64,000 bases of DNA from Malacoraja senta (Eukaryota). Of this stretch, positions 35,851 to 49,066 are shown in pieces. Below the pieces are notes generated by a model that had not been told where the DNA came from, did no database searches, and saw only the letters and a program-made list of their open reading frames with translations. Location of the stretch: assembly GCA_038087875.1 (NCBI GenBank), contig CM075991.1, forward strand, positions 3,782,001 through 3,846,000, given 5' to 3'. The translations under genes and the position numbers were made by a program. Each line of letters starts with the position of its first letter. Position 1 is the first letter of the stretch.

Positions 35851-36235
35851 GACAATGCAATGAGTTGTTTGGCTTGGCCTGTCTGTGCTTGAAACTGCAA
35901 TGCAAAATTGGAAATGAAATAACAATGCAATGAGTTGTTTGGCCTGCCCTGCCTATGCTTGAATGCAATGCAAAATTGGAAATTAAATGACAATGCGATG
36001 ATTTGTTTGGCCTGCCCAGCCTGTGCTTGAAACTGCAATGCAAAATTGGAAAAGAAATGACAATGCCATGAGTTGTTTGGCCCACCCACCCTGTGCTTGA
36101 AACTGCAATGCAAAATTGGAAATGAAATGTCAATGCCATGAGCTGTTTGGCCTGCCCTGCCTGTGCTTGAAACTGCAATGCAAAATTGGTAATGAAATGA
36201 CAATGCAATAAGTTGTTTGGCCTGCCCTGTGCTTG
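35851..36235 (+). repeat. ~70-bp tandem repeat, about 5.5 units
   Basis: Units start at ~35851, 35921, 35989, 36059, 36129, 36199. Confidence 0.92.
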
Positions 36236-36812
36236 AAATGGATTAACTTGACTTTAAATGGATTGACTTGACTTAACTTCAAATGGATTGACGACTTGAA
36301 ATGACTTGACTTGAAATGGATTGACTTGACTTGAAATGACTTGACTTGAAATGGATTGACTTGAAATGGATTGACTTGAAATGGATTGACTTGACTTGAA
36401 ATGCATTGACTTGACTTGACTTGAGGACTTGAAATGGATTGACTTGACTTGAAATGGAATGGCTTGACTTGACTTGAAATGGATTGACTTGAAATGGATT
36501 GACTTGACTTGAAATGACTTGACTTGAAATGGATTGTCTTGACTTGAAATGACTTGACTTGAAATGGGTTGACTTGACTTGACTTGACTTGAAATGGATT
36601 GACTTGACTTGAAATGGATTGACTTGACTTGAAATGGATTGACTTGAAATGGACTGACTTGACTTGACTTGAAATGGATCGACTTGACATGACTTGAAAT
36701 GGATTGACTTGACTTGACTTGACTTGAAATGGATTGACTTGACCTGACTTGAAATGGATTGACTTGACTTGACTTGACTTGAAATGGATTGACTTGACTT
36801 GAAATGGATTGA
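36236..36812 (+). repeat. Compound pentamer satellite (GACTT/GAAAT/GGATT)
   Basis: Direct reading; source of the spurious SSQ/VNPFQ ORFs. Confidence 0.95.
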
Positions 36813-37427
36813 AATTGATTGATGGCCCTGCACTCACTGTGCTTGACTTGACTTAACCCACAATGCCCATGCTAGCACTCCAGAAAGCCCTCCCCCCCTC
36901 CCCCACTGGCCAGCAATATTGGAATTGGTGCAGGTGGAATATTGCGTTGGGGGACCAGCCCTCCTGTGTGAAGCTAGGACCCAACGGGTCCCACTTAGTC
37001 CCGTATATAATATATATGTGAAAATATCATAGTTATACATACATCTAATCTCTTCCTGACCAACCACCCTCTGTTAACTCAGCCCATTAAACTTTTCTGT
37101 CCATTTCCTGAAAGATATACCTTCCAGTTCTGCCTAATTCTTGTGATTCCTTTGCCCATTTTTCGCAGGCCATCTTTAATTGTAATAAGAATCAGACATT
37201 CTGGGTGGTACTCAAGGTATGGTCACACTGTTTAGCATGCTTCATATCAGTGATATAGTATGCTTCATTTCTTGCTGCTGAACTCATTATGTTACCATTT
37301 AGTAGGTGACATTAAAGTACCAATGAACCATTGAATTAGAAACTTGGGGTCTCTTTGCTCTGATTGAGGCTTGGTCCTCTCGCAGACCTCAGAATTCATT
37401 GCAGTTTTATGCCCGAGAACAACGTAC

Positions 37428-37509
37428 CTGAATCTTTCCTGTAGATTACGACCGATGATTCAATGTTTGTGATGGATGTCAGGAGCAATGCAAGGCAGAT
37501 GATGAACTT
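37428..37509 (-). CDS. MSMB: Beta-microseminoprotein-like gene G, exon 2 (signal peptide)
   Basis: tttcag|KFIICLALLLTSITNIESSVVIYRKDS g|gtacgt; homologous to KLLLCIALLL..ES of the paralogues; an in-frame ATG also lies at 37527-37525. Confidence 0.85.
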
Positions 37510-37611
37510 CTGAAACGGAAACACCATGTATTAAGGGTACTTGGTCATAACATATATTAACGGAAGAAAGTCCTGCCCTGGTTTGACATCTCAATATGTA
37601 ACACTTCATAC

Positions 37612-39345
37612 TTACAGTATGCCCATTAACTCCATTAGCCATTCCTCAGCCCAGTTGCCCAGTTGATCAAGATCCTGCCGTAATTCTCGATAACCATCTT
37701 CATCGTCCACTGTACCATCTACTTTAGTCTCATCTGCAAACTTACTAATCATGCCATGTACGTTCTCATCCAAATCATTGATATATATCACAAACAGCAA
37801 TGGGCCCAGAGGTGATCCCTGAGCAGCATCACTAATCCAAGGCCTCCAGTCCAAAAACAACCTTCTACCATGACCCTCTGCTTCCTTCCATGAATCCAGT
37901 CAGCTAGCTCTCCTTGGATCCCATGTGATCTAAAACCTCAGAGCAGCGTACCTTGTGGAAATTTATCAAAGACCTTACAGAGGTCCACATAGTCAACAAC
38001 TGCAGTGTTGCCCGCATCAACTTGGTTACTTCTTCAAAAAACTCAATCAAATTCGTGGGACATAATCTTCCACATACAAAACCATGCTGACCATCCCTAA
38101 TCAACACTTGTCTGTACAGGTATTCTTCAGAATCCTCTCCAATAACTTAACCACCATAGATATTAGGCTCACTGATCTATAGTTCCTTGGTTTTTTCTAT
38201 GTGGTCCTTCTTAAACAGAGGTATATCATTAGCCAACCTCCAGTTGGAATCTCATCAAAGACCTTGCAGAGATCCACATAGTCAACATCTGCACCTCACC
38301 CATGTCGAATGATGATTCATATATCACAGCCAGGGGTCTTGTTATTTCTTCTATAGCTTCCCACAGTGTCCTTGGAAATATCTGATCAGGTCCAGGATAT
38401 TAATCTACCTTCATATGCCTTAGGACATCCAGCACCTCCTCGAATGTCCTCAAGACATCTCCGTTAACTGCCTCAGGTTCCCTAGTCTTCATGCCTTTTT
38501 CCGGAGGAAGGAAAGAAGATAAATAAAAAGAAGATAAATACTCATTGAGGACCTTGTCCATATCCTGTGGCTCCAAAGAGCCACTTGGGTTTCTGAGGGG
38601 TCCTGCTTTCTCACTAAATACCCCCTTGACCTTAATGTACACAACATCTCAGGAATTTCCTCTATTATCTGCCAGAGCTATCTCCTGCCCTTTCTGCACA
38701 CCCGATTTCCTTCTTACGAATGTTCCTCAGTTCCTAAACCTCCTCCAGGGATATACATGATGCCAGCTGCCTATGCCTGTCCCATGCCTTCTTCTCTTAT
38801 TAAATGAGAGCCACTCGTCATCCAAACTTCCTTACTCACACCTGCCTTGCCTTTCACTCTAACAGGAACTTGCATGCCTTGAAATCTTGCCATCACACTT
38901 TTAAAAGTATCCCATTTTCTGGAAGTCCCTTTGCCCCCAAACAACCTACTGCAATCAACTTTAGGAAGTTCCTGTCTAATACCATAAAAATTGGTCTTTA
39001 TCAATTCAGAATTTTAACATGGGCCAAACCCTGTCTTTTTCCATTACTATTTTAAAGCTAATAGAACAGTGGTCGCTGGTCCCAAAAGGCTCGCCCATTG
39101 ATACTTCAGTCATTTGCTTTTCCCAGTTTCCTAAGAGTACATCAAACCTTGCCCTTCTCCCTTGTAAGGCCCTCTACAAATTGCCTGAGGATACTTTCCC
39201 GAACACATTTGAAAATTTCTATCCCATATAAGCCCTTGGCGCTATGACAGTCCCAGTTTATATTGGTGAAGTTAAAATTCCCATCTATGACAACCCTATT
39301 AGTTTTATCCCTCAAATTCTTCTCCTGTAACACACCTACCACAGA
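37612..39345 (-). mobile_element. Old degraded CR1-clade LINE ORF2 (endonuclease to RT)
   Basis: Fragments GNFNFTNINW, QHGFVCGRLCPTNLIEFFEEV, QGSPLGPLLFVIYINDLD, KFADETK. Confidence 0.85.
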
Positions 39346-40683
39346 TGTAAGGCCGCAGGTCTATGGTTGCAGGTTTTTCATTGCATTTCTTCTTAAATAG
39401 AGGCACAACATTAGCCACCCTCCTGACATCCGGCACCTCATTTGTGTCCAACGATAGTTTATTTATCTCAGCTAGGCTTTCTTATTCTGACAAATTACCA
39501 GTGAATACCATTCTCAAATATTTAGATGACTGTGAAACATGATGAGATATTCTGAATGGGATGTGGGGACTGCTGTAGAGGAAAAAGTCCTCCTTTTTTT
39601 TCTTGCAAATAAAACTTCCTCCATCCATGAACAGGATCAATGGCAACGTTGATGCAAGACATGGGTGGAAAATTGAAGTTTGGGGTGTTGTGATAGGTTT
39701 GGAAACTACATAATCATTCTGTGGGAGGCGTGGTCATTGTGACCTTCCATTTGCATTGATGAAGACTTGAATATCACCTGTGAAATGGACAGCTCAAGCC
39801 TGCCAGGAGTTCAATGATAGCAGGGAGGTTCACCCTTTGCAGCCTAGTGCACCTGGAACAGCAAGGAAAAAGACTTGGGAGGTCATGGATTAGAGACCAG
39901 GACAGCCAGGAGCAGATTACAAAGGATGTGAATAAGATGTGATGGCAGCACAGTGCATCAGCTGGAAGAGCAGCTGCCTCACAGCACCAGAGACCCAGGT
40001 GCTGTCTGTGGGGAGTTTGCATGTTCTCCCTGTGACTCTTGCTGGTGTACTTGCCGATATTTCATCTCTCAATCACAAGCATGATGTGATCTTTCTCACG
40101 TTACTCTCTATGAGCTCCTGATGTGTACTGCACTCTCTACATGGCCCGTGCTTTAAACAGCCTCCATTGGCTGAAATGGGACCTCATGAAAACTGCTTTA
40201 TTATAAAGCTATAAGTTCATGTCATAAGAGCAAAATAGGCAATTCGGCCCATTGAGCCTACCCCGCCATTCAATCAAGACATCTATCTTTCCTTCAACCT
40301 CATTCTCCTGTCTTATTCCCATAACCCCTGACACCCTTATTAATCAAGAATATATCAATCTCCACTTTAAAAATACCCAATGACTTGGCCTCCACAACTG
40401 TCTCTGCCAATAGATTTCACAGATTCACCACCCTCTGACTACAGAAAATCCTCCTCAGTTCCTTTCTAAAGGTATGTCCTTTTATTCTGAGGCAGTGCCC
40501 TCTGGTCTTAGACTCTCCCACTAGTGGAAACATCCACTCTATCAAGGTCTCAGCCAATCTCTCTGGAAAAGCTCTCCGATACCTGGAGCATGCCAAGAAC
40601 GCAAGTGGAAATGTAATCACGCTTTATAATTCGCAAGCAATTCAATTTAAATCAACACTGACAATTAAATTTGATGTACGTAC

Positions 40684-40686
40684 CAT
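40684..40686 (-). CDS. Candidate ATG-only coding exon 1 of gene G
   Basis: attATG|gtacgt is the best ATG|GT junction I found upstream of exon 2, and it matches the family exon structure. No clear TATA box; alternatives exist. Confidence 0.35.
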
Positions 40687-43600
40687 AATTGCAGCAGGGT
40701 GTCCGGAGCTCAGTTGAAAGGAGAGCTGGTGCCCAGTGTGTGTGAACTTACCTCAGCTTCACTCCTGGCTGGTTTGGACGAGCAGGGGACTGTGTTCAGA
40801 GGAGGAAAGGCAGCTGACTGATGGTTGATTAGCTGAACGCAGTGACCATAAGTACCAAAAACATACACAGGATGTGATCTTCTAAACACTGAACCTGGTT
40901 CCCGCTTCCCACCACTCTATTTACCACAACAGCCACAGATGTAGATAGGAGGTAGTCGCTGAGTGATTCGATCCATGTCCAAATTCATATGAATATTAGA
41001 GCTGTAAAGAGCCAAAAAGCAAAGCTGCAATGAATCTCACCTTCTTCCCTGGCCTTAGCCTGCCCCATGTCCTGTTTGGAACACAGCCCAAGTTGCAATC
41101 TCTGCAGTAAGGTCAGTCAGGCAGAAATCTTTCCGAAGGTGGACATGAAATGCTGGGAAAACTCAACGGGTCAGGCAGCATCTCTCGAGAAAAGGAATAG
41201 GGGTCGTTTCGGGTCAGGACCCTTCTTCTTCAGACTGAGAGTGAGGGGAGAGAGAAACTACAGGTATGAAACGGTACAAAGAACAAATGAATGAAAGGTT
41301 TGAAAATAACAAATCAAAGGCAGCAACGTGATCAAGGAGAGTTGGAATCCACAATGGTCCATTGTTAACTGCAGAAAATGTGATAAAGAGTAGATACAAA
41401 CAGTGAAACTAAGCATGATAACAGAGAAACTATTAGGATGAATTGGGTGGGGGAGGGACATAGAGAGAGAGGGGATGCAAGGGTTACTTGAAATTAGATA
41501 AATCAAGACTCCTACCGCTGGGTTGTAAGCAGCCCAAGCAAATTATGAGATGCTGATCCTTGGTATTGTTGCTCACAGGAGTGTCAAAGGTTTGAGTCCC
41601 TGACAACAGACTGAGAAAGGCTTTTTGGTGAGGCTCTTCCCCTGGTGAAGTGGCAAGGGGTAGAGATTGACGTCTCAACTCAGCTTAGTGAAAGGGTTTT
41701 TGTATTTGAATTAAATTCCTACATAGGTCATCGTGTAGACGGAACTGTCTCTTCCAGATGAACTGTTCCAGATGCCCTCCCAGCCTGCTCCTTCTGATTG
41801 TGTAGGGAAGAATTGCAGATGCTAGTTTAAATCGAAGACAGACACAAAAGGCTGGAGTAACCCAGCGGTACAGGCAGAATCTCTGGAGAGAAGGAATGGG
41901 TGGCGTTTCGGGGCGTGACCCTTCTTCAGACTTCAGTCTCAACCCAAAACGTCACGCATTCCTTCTCTCCAAAGATGCTGCCTGTCCCGCTGAGTAACTC
42001 CAGCTTGTTGTGTCTATCTGCTCTTTCTGATGGTCTGAGCTGCTAAAACTGTTCTGTGCCTCCTTATCATTCTTCTGTTAACTTCGCAATGTGCCAGATA
42101 CAAACACAGCATGGTAATTAGTTACTATATAGTGCTTCTACACTTACTGGGAGGTCGGATATTTCTATCCACTCTGGGAGTGTCACGAGCTCTGAAGGGG
42201 AGTGGGACGAAAGCTGAATTAACAACTTGGTTCTTGTTAACTGCACCAAGGAAGACTGAAACTTAGATTTTGAGTGAAAGATACAGCATGGAAACAAGCC
42301 CTTCATCCTATCAAGCGCACACCGACTTGTGATCACCCATTCATGCAAATTCTATCTTACCCCACTTTCTCATCCACTCCCTACAAATTCACGGGGAATT
42401 CTACTGAGACCAATTAGCCTTCAAACATACACAGTTGTTCAAACATACAAGGTTAATGTTCAAATATAATGTTTGAAAATTAACCTTCAAACATAACATT
42501 GAAAGTGGCCTAAAGTGCATGTGGAGTGGATGTTTCCATTGGAGGGAGAGTCTAGGACCATATGGCACAGCCTCAGAATAAAAGGGCATACTTTTAGTAG
42601 AGGAGATGAGGAGGAATTTCTTCAGTTAGTGGGCGGTGAACCTGTGGAATTTATTGCCAAGGACAGTTGTGGAGGCCAGGTTTCAGGGTATTTTTAAAGC
42701 ATAGATTGATAGGTTCCTGAATAGTAACAATGTCAAAGGTTATGCGAAGAAGGCAGGAGAATGGGTTTGAGAAGGAAAAATAGATCAGCCATGATCAAAT
42801 GGCGGAGCAGACTCGATGTGCAGATTGGCATAATTCTGCTTCTATGTCTATGATCTTATGATATATCCGATTCAACCAACTTCATTTACAGATTATCTGA
42901 TATTACTCATCATTCCTCCATGCTTTTGTCATTACACCAGTAAGTATTCCACAAACTTCACTTTTGACCTGAAAAGACATCTGTCCATACCCTCCAAAGT
43001 TGCCTAGATGGCCATTCTTAATCTAGCATGATGGTGGTGAGCTAAAATGCCTCCCCCACCACTGCAAATATCTATAATTCATATCTACCTCGTAATCTCA
43101 TCTACAGTACATCCTGTTGCTGTGTTGATTGAGCTGGAAGCCAAAATGGTGAATGTAAAAATCATAATATTTTCAAGTACTGTACTTAATGTTCCAAAAC
43201 AGAATTGCTCCAGTAATCTCAGAGGCTGTGACTTCAGCTGATGAGGCTCTGAGTTCTGCAATACTCTCTCTAGATTTGTTCATGCACCTGCAGAATGACT
43301 GTGTTTCCCACAGATTTTCTTGCAAAACTGCAAAAGCGAGTTGTATTTTTATGACGATCTGGTATTTTCATTTCTGACACTAACCTTTTATACCATATGC
43401 ATAAATGAGTTGGTTGCCATGATATGATTTAAGCTTATGTAAAACATTAGCCGAGTGGAATTGCTGCCTCATATCACCAGCGTCCCAGGTTCAATCCTGA
43501 TCTCCAGTGCTGTCTGTTTGGAGTTTTTATGTTGTCCCTGTAACTACGTAGATTTCATCCGGATTCTCTTGTTTCCTCCTATAGTCCAAAGATTTTTGGA

Positions 43601-43695
43601 TGCTGTAAATTGCCCTGTGTACGTGATGGTAAAATTTGCAAGGCTTTGTGAGAATGCGGGGAGAATCAATAAAATTAAGTGATGATTGGAATTGG

Positions 43696-44005
43696 AGGCA
43701 CAGTGGTGCAACTCTGCCTTACAGAGCCAGAAACCCAGGTTCGATCCTGCCTATGGATGATGTCTGTACGTTGTTTGTACGTTCTCCCTGTGACCATGTG
43801 GGTTCTCTCCTGGTGCTCTGGTTTCCTCTCACACTCCAAAGACGTACAGGTTTGTATGATAATTGGCTTTGGTAATTTGGAAAAATTGGAAAATAGTCTC
43901 TAGTGGGTGGACTAGTGCCAGTGTACGAGGTGATTGCTGGTCGGCACTGACTTGGAGGGCTGACGGGCCTGTTTCCGTGCTGTACCTCTGAAGTCTAAAG
44001 TCTAA
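43696..44005 (+). mobile_element. V-SINE (HE1-like); further copies near 28697, 31730, 45690, 54245, 57225, 60560, 62055, 63132
   Basis: tRNA-like head with GGTTCGATCC B-box, conserved V domain, short-repeat tail. Confidence 0.8.
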
Positions 44006-47000
44006 AGATTGCTCTTTGAGACTCAATGGGCTGAACGTACTTCCTATGTGGAACATGGACTCTTTGGGTTACGACTACTCCACTGTACCTCATGAAAACA
44101 ATAATATATTTGCCTCCCTCCTCCCTTAAGAAAGATTTTACTTCTTTGACTCGAGCTTTGTTCATTCATTCCAAATTTTGATGACATTCCTGTGTAGTAC
44201 TTTTCGCTGCTTTATAAGCACGGGTTGTGTTAGTTGGGCTGAGGATCCGTTCTGTCAGACAATAAATCTGTTTCTGATGTTCCTCGTTCTGGAGGGGTTA
44301 TTTCAATGGATGGCATTCTGTGCTAGTTTTACTTTGTCAAGGATGTTGTTGATTCACTTTAAAAGGCAAGTGTTCTTTGAGAGTCGACAGGGCAGCCTGT
44401 CTCCCCATTACAATAACAGGCCCTCCTTTGTTGCCAATTTGCTCAAGCTAGTCTGTGTGTTGGTGTCACATGCACTATCACTCTGCATCCAATAACACTA
44501 GCATTCAGCTGCTTCTGTGTAACCCCTTATTTCCCTAATAGGTTGTGTAAAATAAAATATAATGTCTCATTAAAGCTACTTGTGGAGTTTTAACACCCAA
44601 GATACCGCAGATGCCACACGTTAGTCATACAGTATTGAAACAGGCCCTTTATCCCACCTCGTCCATGCCGACTAAGATGCCCGATCTAAGCTAGTCCCAT
44701 TTGCCCGTATTTGGCCGATATCCCTCTGAACCTTTCCTATCCATGTACCTGTCCAAATGTCTTTTACATTTTGTTTAGTTGAGTTAAGTTTATTGTCATG
44801 TGTACTGAGGTACAGCGAATAGCTCTTGTTGCATGCTGACCAGTCAGGAGAAAGACAACACAAGGTTATAAGAGAGCCATCCGTGTTAAGGGAATCTTAA
44901 CAGATCCGTGTTAAGGGAATAACGTGAATAACGTTTAGTTCAGGGTAAAGCCGTATAAAGTCCAATTAAATAGAGTCCGGGGATCTCCAATGGGGTAGAT
45001 AGTGGCTCAGGACTGCTCTCTAGTTGGTAGATTGGTTGAGTGCCTGGTAACAGCTGGTAAGAAACTGTCTTTGAATCTGGAGGTGTGTGTTTTCACACTT
45101 CTGTACCTCTTGCCTGATGGAAGAGGGAATGGCCAGGGTGTGACTCATCCTTGATTATGCTGGTGGCCTTGACGAAGCAGCGTGAGGTGTAAATGGAATC
45201 AATGGAAGGGAGGTTGGTTTGTGTGATGGTCTGGGGTGTGTCTGCAATTCTCTGCAATTTCTTGTGGTCTCGAGAAGCTCGTTCCATATACCTACCACCC
45301 TCTGAGTGAAATATAAACAGAATTACACAGCTGGTCAGGCAGCATTTGTGACAGGATGAATGCTTTTAATTTTCATGTCAGTGATCTTTTATCAGAACTA
45401 ATTGTGAATAATAGCAGTGCACTTGACAGGTCATGAAGGATGAAATGGGCTTCTCTAATGCAACAACTCAGGGGCTTTGGGTGCTGGAACAGGCCGAGCT
45501 TAAATGTTGATGCAGTGCTGATCATTTAGTTGAATCGCACATGGCAAATAGACACTAGATATTTCTATAGTTGCTCTACAGTTCCAAAGTTGATCAACAA
45601 TTCATTTCAATGTCTTGGATGCTGATCATGAAAAGATTCTAATATTGAGCTTTTTTTATTAGAACTACAGCTTGGAAACAGTGTCGGCTTTCTTCGGATG
45701 CTCCGGTTTCCTCCCACACTCCAATATGTAGGTTAATTGCCTTCAGTAAATTGCCCCTAGTGTGTAGGCTAGAAGTAGTGTATAGTGATTGCTGGTCAGT
45801 GCGAACTCGGTGGGCCGAAGGGCTTGTTACCACTCTGTAGCTCTAAACTAAACTAAAAGAGACATCATGGGCCGCAACACCAGAGGCCGGCAGTAGGGGA
45901 CAGCTCTCTCCATTTGTTTTCTTGTAGTGGTGGCCTTCAGAGGGCATCTTCACCCTGTGTGCCTATGAGATCCCGGGAAGATCTGCTCCACCATTATGGA
46001 AAGATTTGGTGTCTTGAGCCAGTCTGAAATTGATACAGATGGGCAGACAGATGGACAAGATTCCCTGTATAATCCATGCCCTCCCCTGAGGCCATACAGA
46101 GCACGTGTTGCTTTGTGTTAAACACTGAACAATGTTTTTAAATAGTAATTTAAGTGAGGTGCATTCAGGGTTTGCTGTTAACCCATTGCACCTTCTCCAA
46201 TATCAAAGGGCCCTCGACTCTCTCAAGTCTCACTTGTCTTCACAAGGTGTGAAGAAGGGTCTCGACCCAAACGTTGCCCGTTCCTTCTCTCCAGAGATGC
46301 TGCCTGTCCCGCTGAGGTACTCCAGCATTTAGTGTCTATCTTCTGCGCACAACTCTGGAAGTGACCGATGACTCTCGCAACACACCCTCCCTTGCAGCTG
46401 TTTACAGCTGTTTACAATACAGCATCCAGAGGAACACGTGAAAGTGACGCAGGGGTGCTAAACTTTGTACCCCAAAATGCAATTCAGTTTGCAAAAAGAT
46501 TCCAACTCAAATTATACCCCTTGCGTAATGCTCATAAAAAATATTTGTTTCTCACTTTTTCCTCTTTCTCTTTCTCCTTCTTTTCTAGGGTCTATTTCTT
46601 AACTCTTTTTCTTTTGTTTTTAATTTTGTTCTTATAGGGTCTTCATCCTTTTTTGTTGTCACATTTTCTACACTCTCACTTTTTCCTTCACTTTCTTCTT
46701 TCTTTCAATCTTATCTTTTCCTTTTACTAGTGTAAAAAACAAATGGAGTACATTAATTGTAAGAAGACATGTGACGAGTACTAATGTATGTGGTTGTAAT
46801 GTAATGTACTTCAAATAAATATATATATATTTTTTTTAAATAAAAAAAATTTAAAAAAAGTTATACCCCTTTTTAGGAGTTAAAGTACATTGTAAAGAAA
46901 AACAAAGTAATGATTTACTTTTACATGTAGACCCCATTTTCAGTCCAGTACGTTGATGGATAATCATTCAGTTTTTTAAGAGCATGCATTCCTGCACTGA

Positions 47001-48153
47001 CATTTCTGTTCTGGGGTTCCTTCATTGTCAAAGTGAGGCCAAACGCAAATTGGAGGAACAGCACCTCATATTTCGCTTGAGCAACTTACAAGTCAGCAGT
47101 ATAAATTTTGATTTCTCTAACTTCAAGTAACCCTTGCATCACCTCTCCCTCCATCCCTCCCCCACCCTCGTCATTGTACTACTAGTTTTACTGACATCCT
47201 GCTGAGTTTCAGTTTGTATCCCTCATTATCACCTTCACCACCGCCAACAATGGACCATTGTGGGCTCCACCTTTCCTTGATCATCGTTGCTTTTTGCATA
47301 TACTTCATTCATTTGTTCTATGTACCTTCTATATCTCTCAATTCCCTCTCCCCTGACTCTCAGTCTGAAGAAGGGTCTCGACCGGAAACATCACCTATTC
47401 CTTTTCTCCAGAGATGCTGCCTGGCCTGCTGAATTACTCCAGATTTTTATTTCTATCTGCACATGTATAAATATGTTTGTGCATTTGTTATAAAAGTATG
47501 AAGTATAAATGAGACATTTAAAAGACATTTGGACAGTAACATGCACAGAAAAGGATTAGATGGATATGGGCCAAACATGGGCAGGTGGGACAGGTTTAGA
47601 TGGGGCATCTTGGTCGGTTTTGGCAAGTTGGGGAAAAGGGCCATTCTGGATGACTATTGCTCACGTTCACAAGTTATAGGAGTAGAATTAGGCCATTTGG
47701 CCCATCGAGTCATGGCTGATCTCTGCCTCCTAATCCCATTTTCCTGCCTTCTCCCCATAACCCTTGACACCCATCAAGAATTTGTCTATCTCTGCCTTAA
47801 AGATATCCACTGACTTGGCCTCCACAGCCCTCTGTGGTAACGAGTTCCACAGATTAACTACACTCTCACTAAAGAAGTTCCTCCTCACCTGTTTTCTAAA
47901 AGAGCGCCCTTTAATTCTTAGACTACGACATCTGGTCATAGACTCTTTCACCAGTGGAAACATCCTTTCCACATCCACTCTATCTATGCCTTTTGTTATT
48001 CTGTAAGATTCAATAAGGTCCCCCCTTAACCTTCTAAACTCCAGTGCTGTCAAACGCACATCCCTGTTTTCAAGAGGGTTAGATTTAGTTCTTAGGGCTA
48101 AAGGAATCAAGGGATATGAGGAAAAAGCAGAAACGGGGTACTGATTTTAGATG

Positions 48154-49066
48154 TTTAAGAAGGATGCTGGAAAATCGAAGGGACACAAAAATGCTGGAGA
48201 AACTCAGCGGGTGCAGCAGCATCTATGGAGCGAAGGAAATAGGCAACTTTCGGGCCGAAACCCTTCTTCAGACTGATGGGGGGTGGGGCGGGGAGAAGAA
48301 AGGAAAAAGGAGGTGGAGGAGCCCGAGGGCTGAGGGAGAGCTGGGAAGGGGAGGAGACAGCAAGGGCTAACAGAATTGTGAGAATTCAATGTTCATGCCA
48401 CCAGGATGCAGACTCCCCAAGGATATGAGGTGTTGTTCCTCCAATTTCCAGTGTTGCTCACTCTGGCCATGGAGGAGGCCCAGGACAGAGAGGTCGGATA
48501 CGGAATGGGAGGGAGAGTTGAGGTGCTGAGCCACCGGGAGATCAAGTTGGTTAATGTGGACCAAGCAGTCGTCCCAGGTGCGACAGAGGTTCACCTGCAT
48601 CTCCTCCAACCTCATCTATTGCATCCGCTGCTCTAGATGTCAGCTGATCTACATTGGGGAGACCAAGCGTAGGCTTGCCGATCGTTTCGCCGAACACCTC
48701 CGCTCAGTCCGCATTAACCAACCTGACCTCCGGGTGGCTCAGCACTTCAACTCCCCCTCCCATTCCATATCCGACCTCTCTGTCCTGGGCCTCCTCCATG
48801 GCCAGAGTGAGCACCACCGGAAATTGGAGGAACAGCACCTCATATCCTTGGGGAGTCTGCATCCTGGTGGCATGAACATTGAATTCTCACAATTCTGTTA
48901 GCCCTTGCTGTCTCCTCCCCTTCCCAGCTCTCCCTCAGTCCTCGGGCCCCCACCCTACCCCACCCCCATCAGTCTGAAGAAGGGTTTCGGCCAGAAACGT
49001 TGCCTATTTCCTTCGCTCCATAGATGCTGCTGCACCCGCTGAGTTTCTCCAGCATTTTTGTGTACC
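48154..49066 (+). mobile_element. Penelope-like element 3' part (GIY-YIG endonuclease) with inverted duplicated end
   Basis: ORF 48554-48901 NLIYCIRCSRCQLIYIGETKRRLADRFAEH; ~48182-48553 is the reverse complement of ~48713-49066; 15-bp TSD TACTGATTTTAGATG at 48139-48153 and 49067-49081. Confidence 0.9.

Larger units (their letters stand above)
35467..37003 (+). mobile_element. Putative non-autonomous Helitron-like element with internal tandem arrays
   Basis: A^TC start followed by an AT-rich leader; subterminal hairpin GGACCC-AAC-GGGTCC (36977-36991) 12 nt before the end; terminus CCCG^T rather than canonical CTRR^T. Confidence 0.5.

Noticed and set aside
35851..36235. Regular repeat array resembling CRISPR
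   Set aside because: Units are contiguous with no unique spacers, there are no cas genes, and the context is eukaryotic.
36130..36837. 235-aa and 184-aa repetitive ORFs (SSQ/VNPFQ/KSIHF)
   Set aside because: Translations of the pentamer satellite; no splice or promoter context.
40752..41001. Minus-strand exon-like segment (ttacag acceptor, GAG|GTAAGT donor)
   Set aside because: Stops in all three frames; could be a UTR or lncRNA exon but cannot be supported without transcripts.
43696..43770. tRNA genes suggested by A/B boxes
   Set aside because: These are SINE heads continuing into the V domain; no cloverleaf or acceptor stem.
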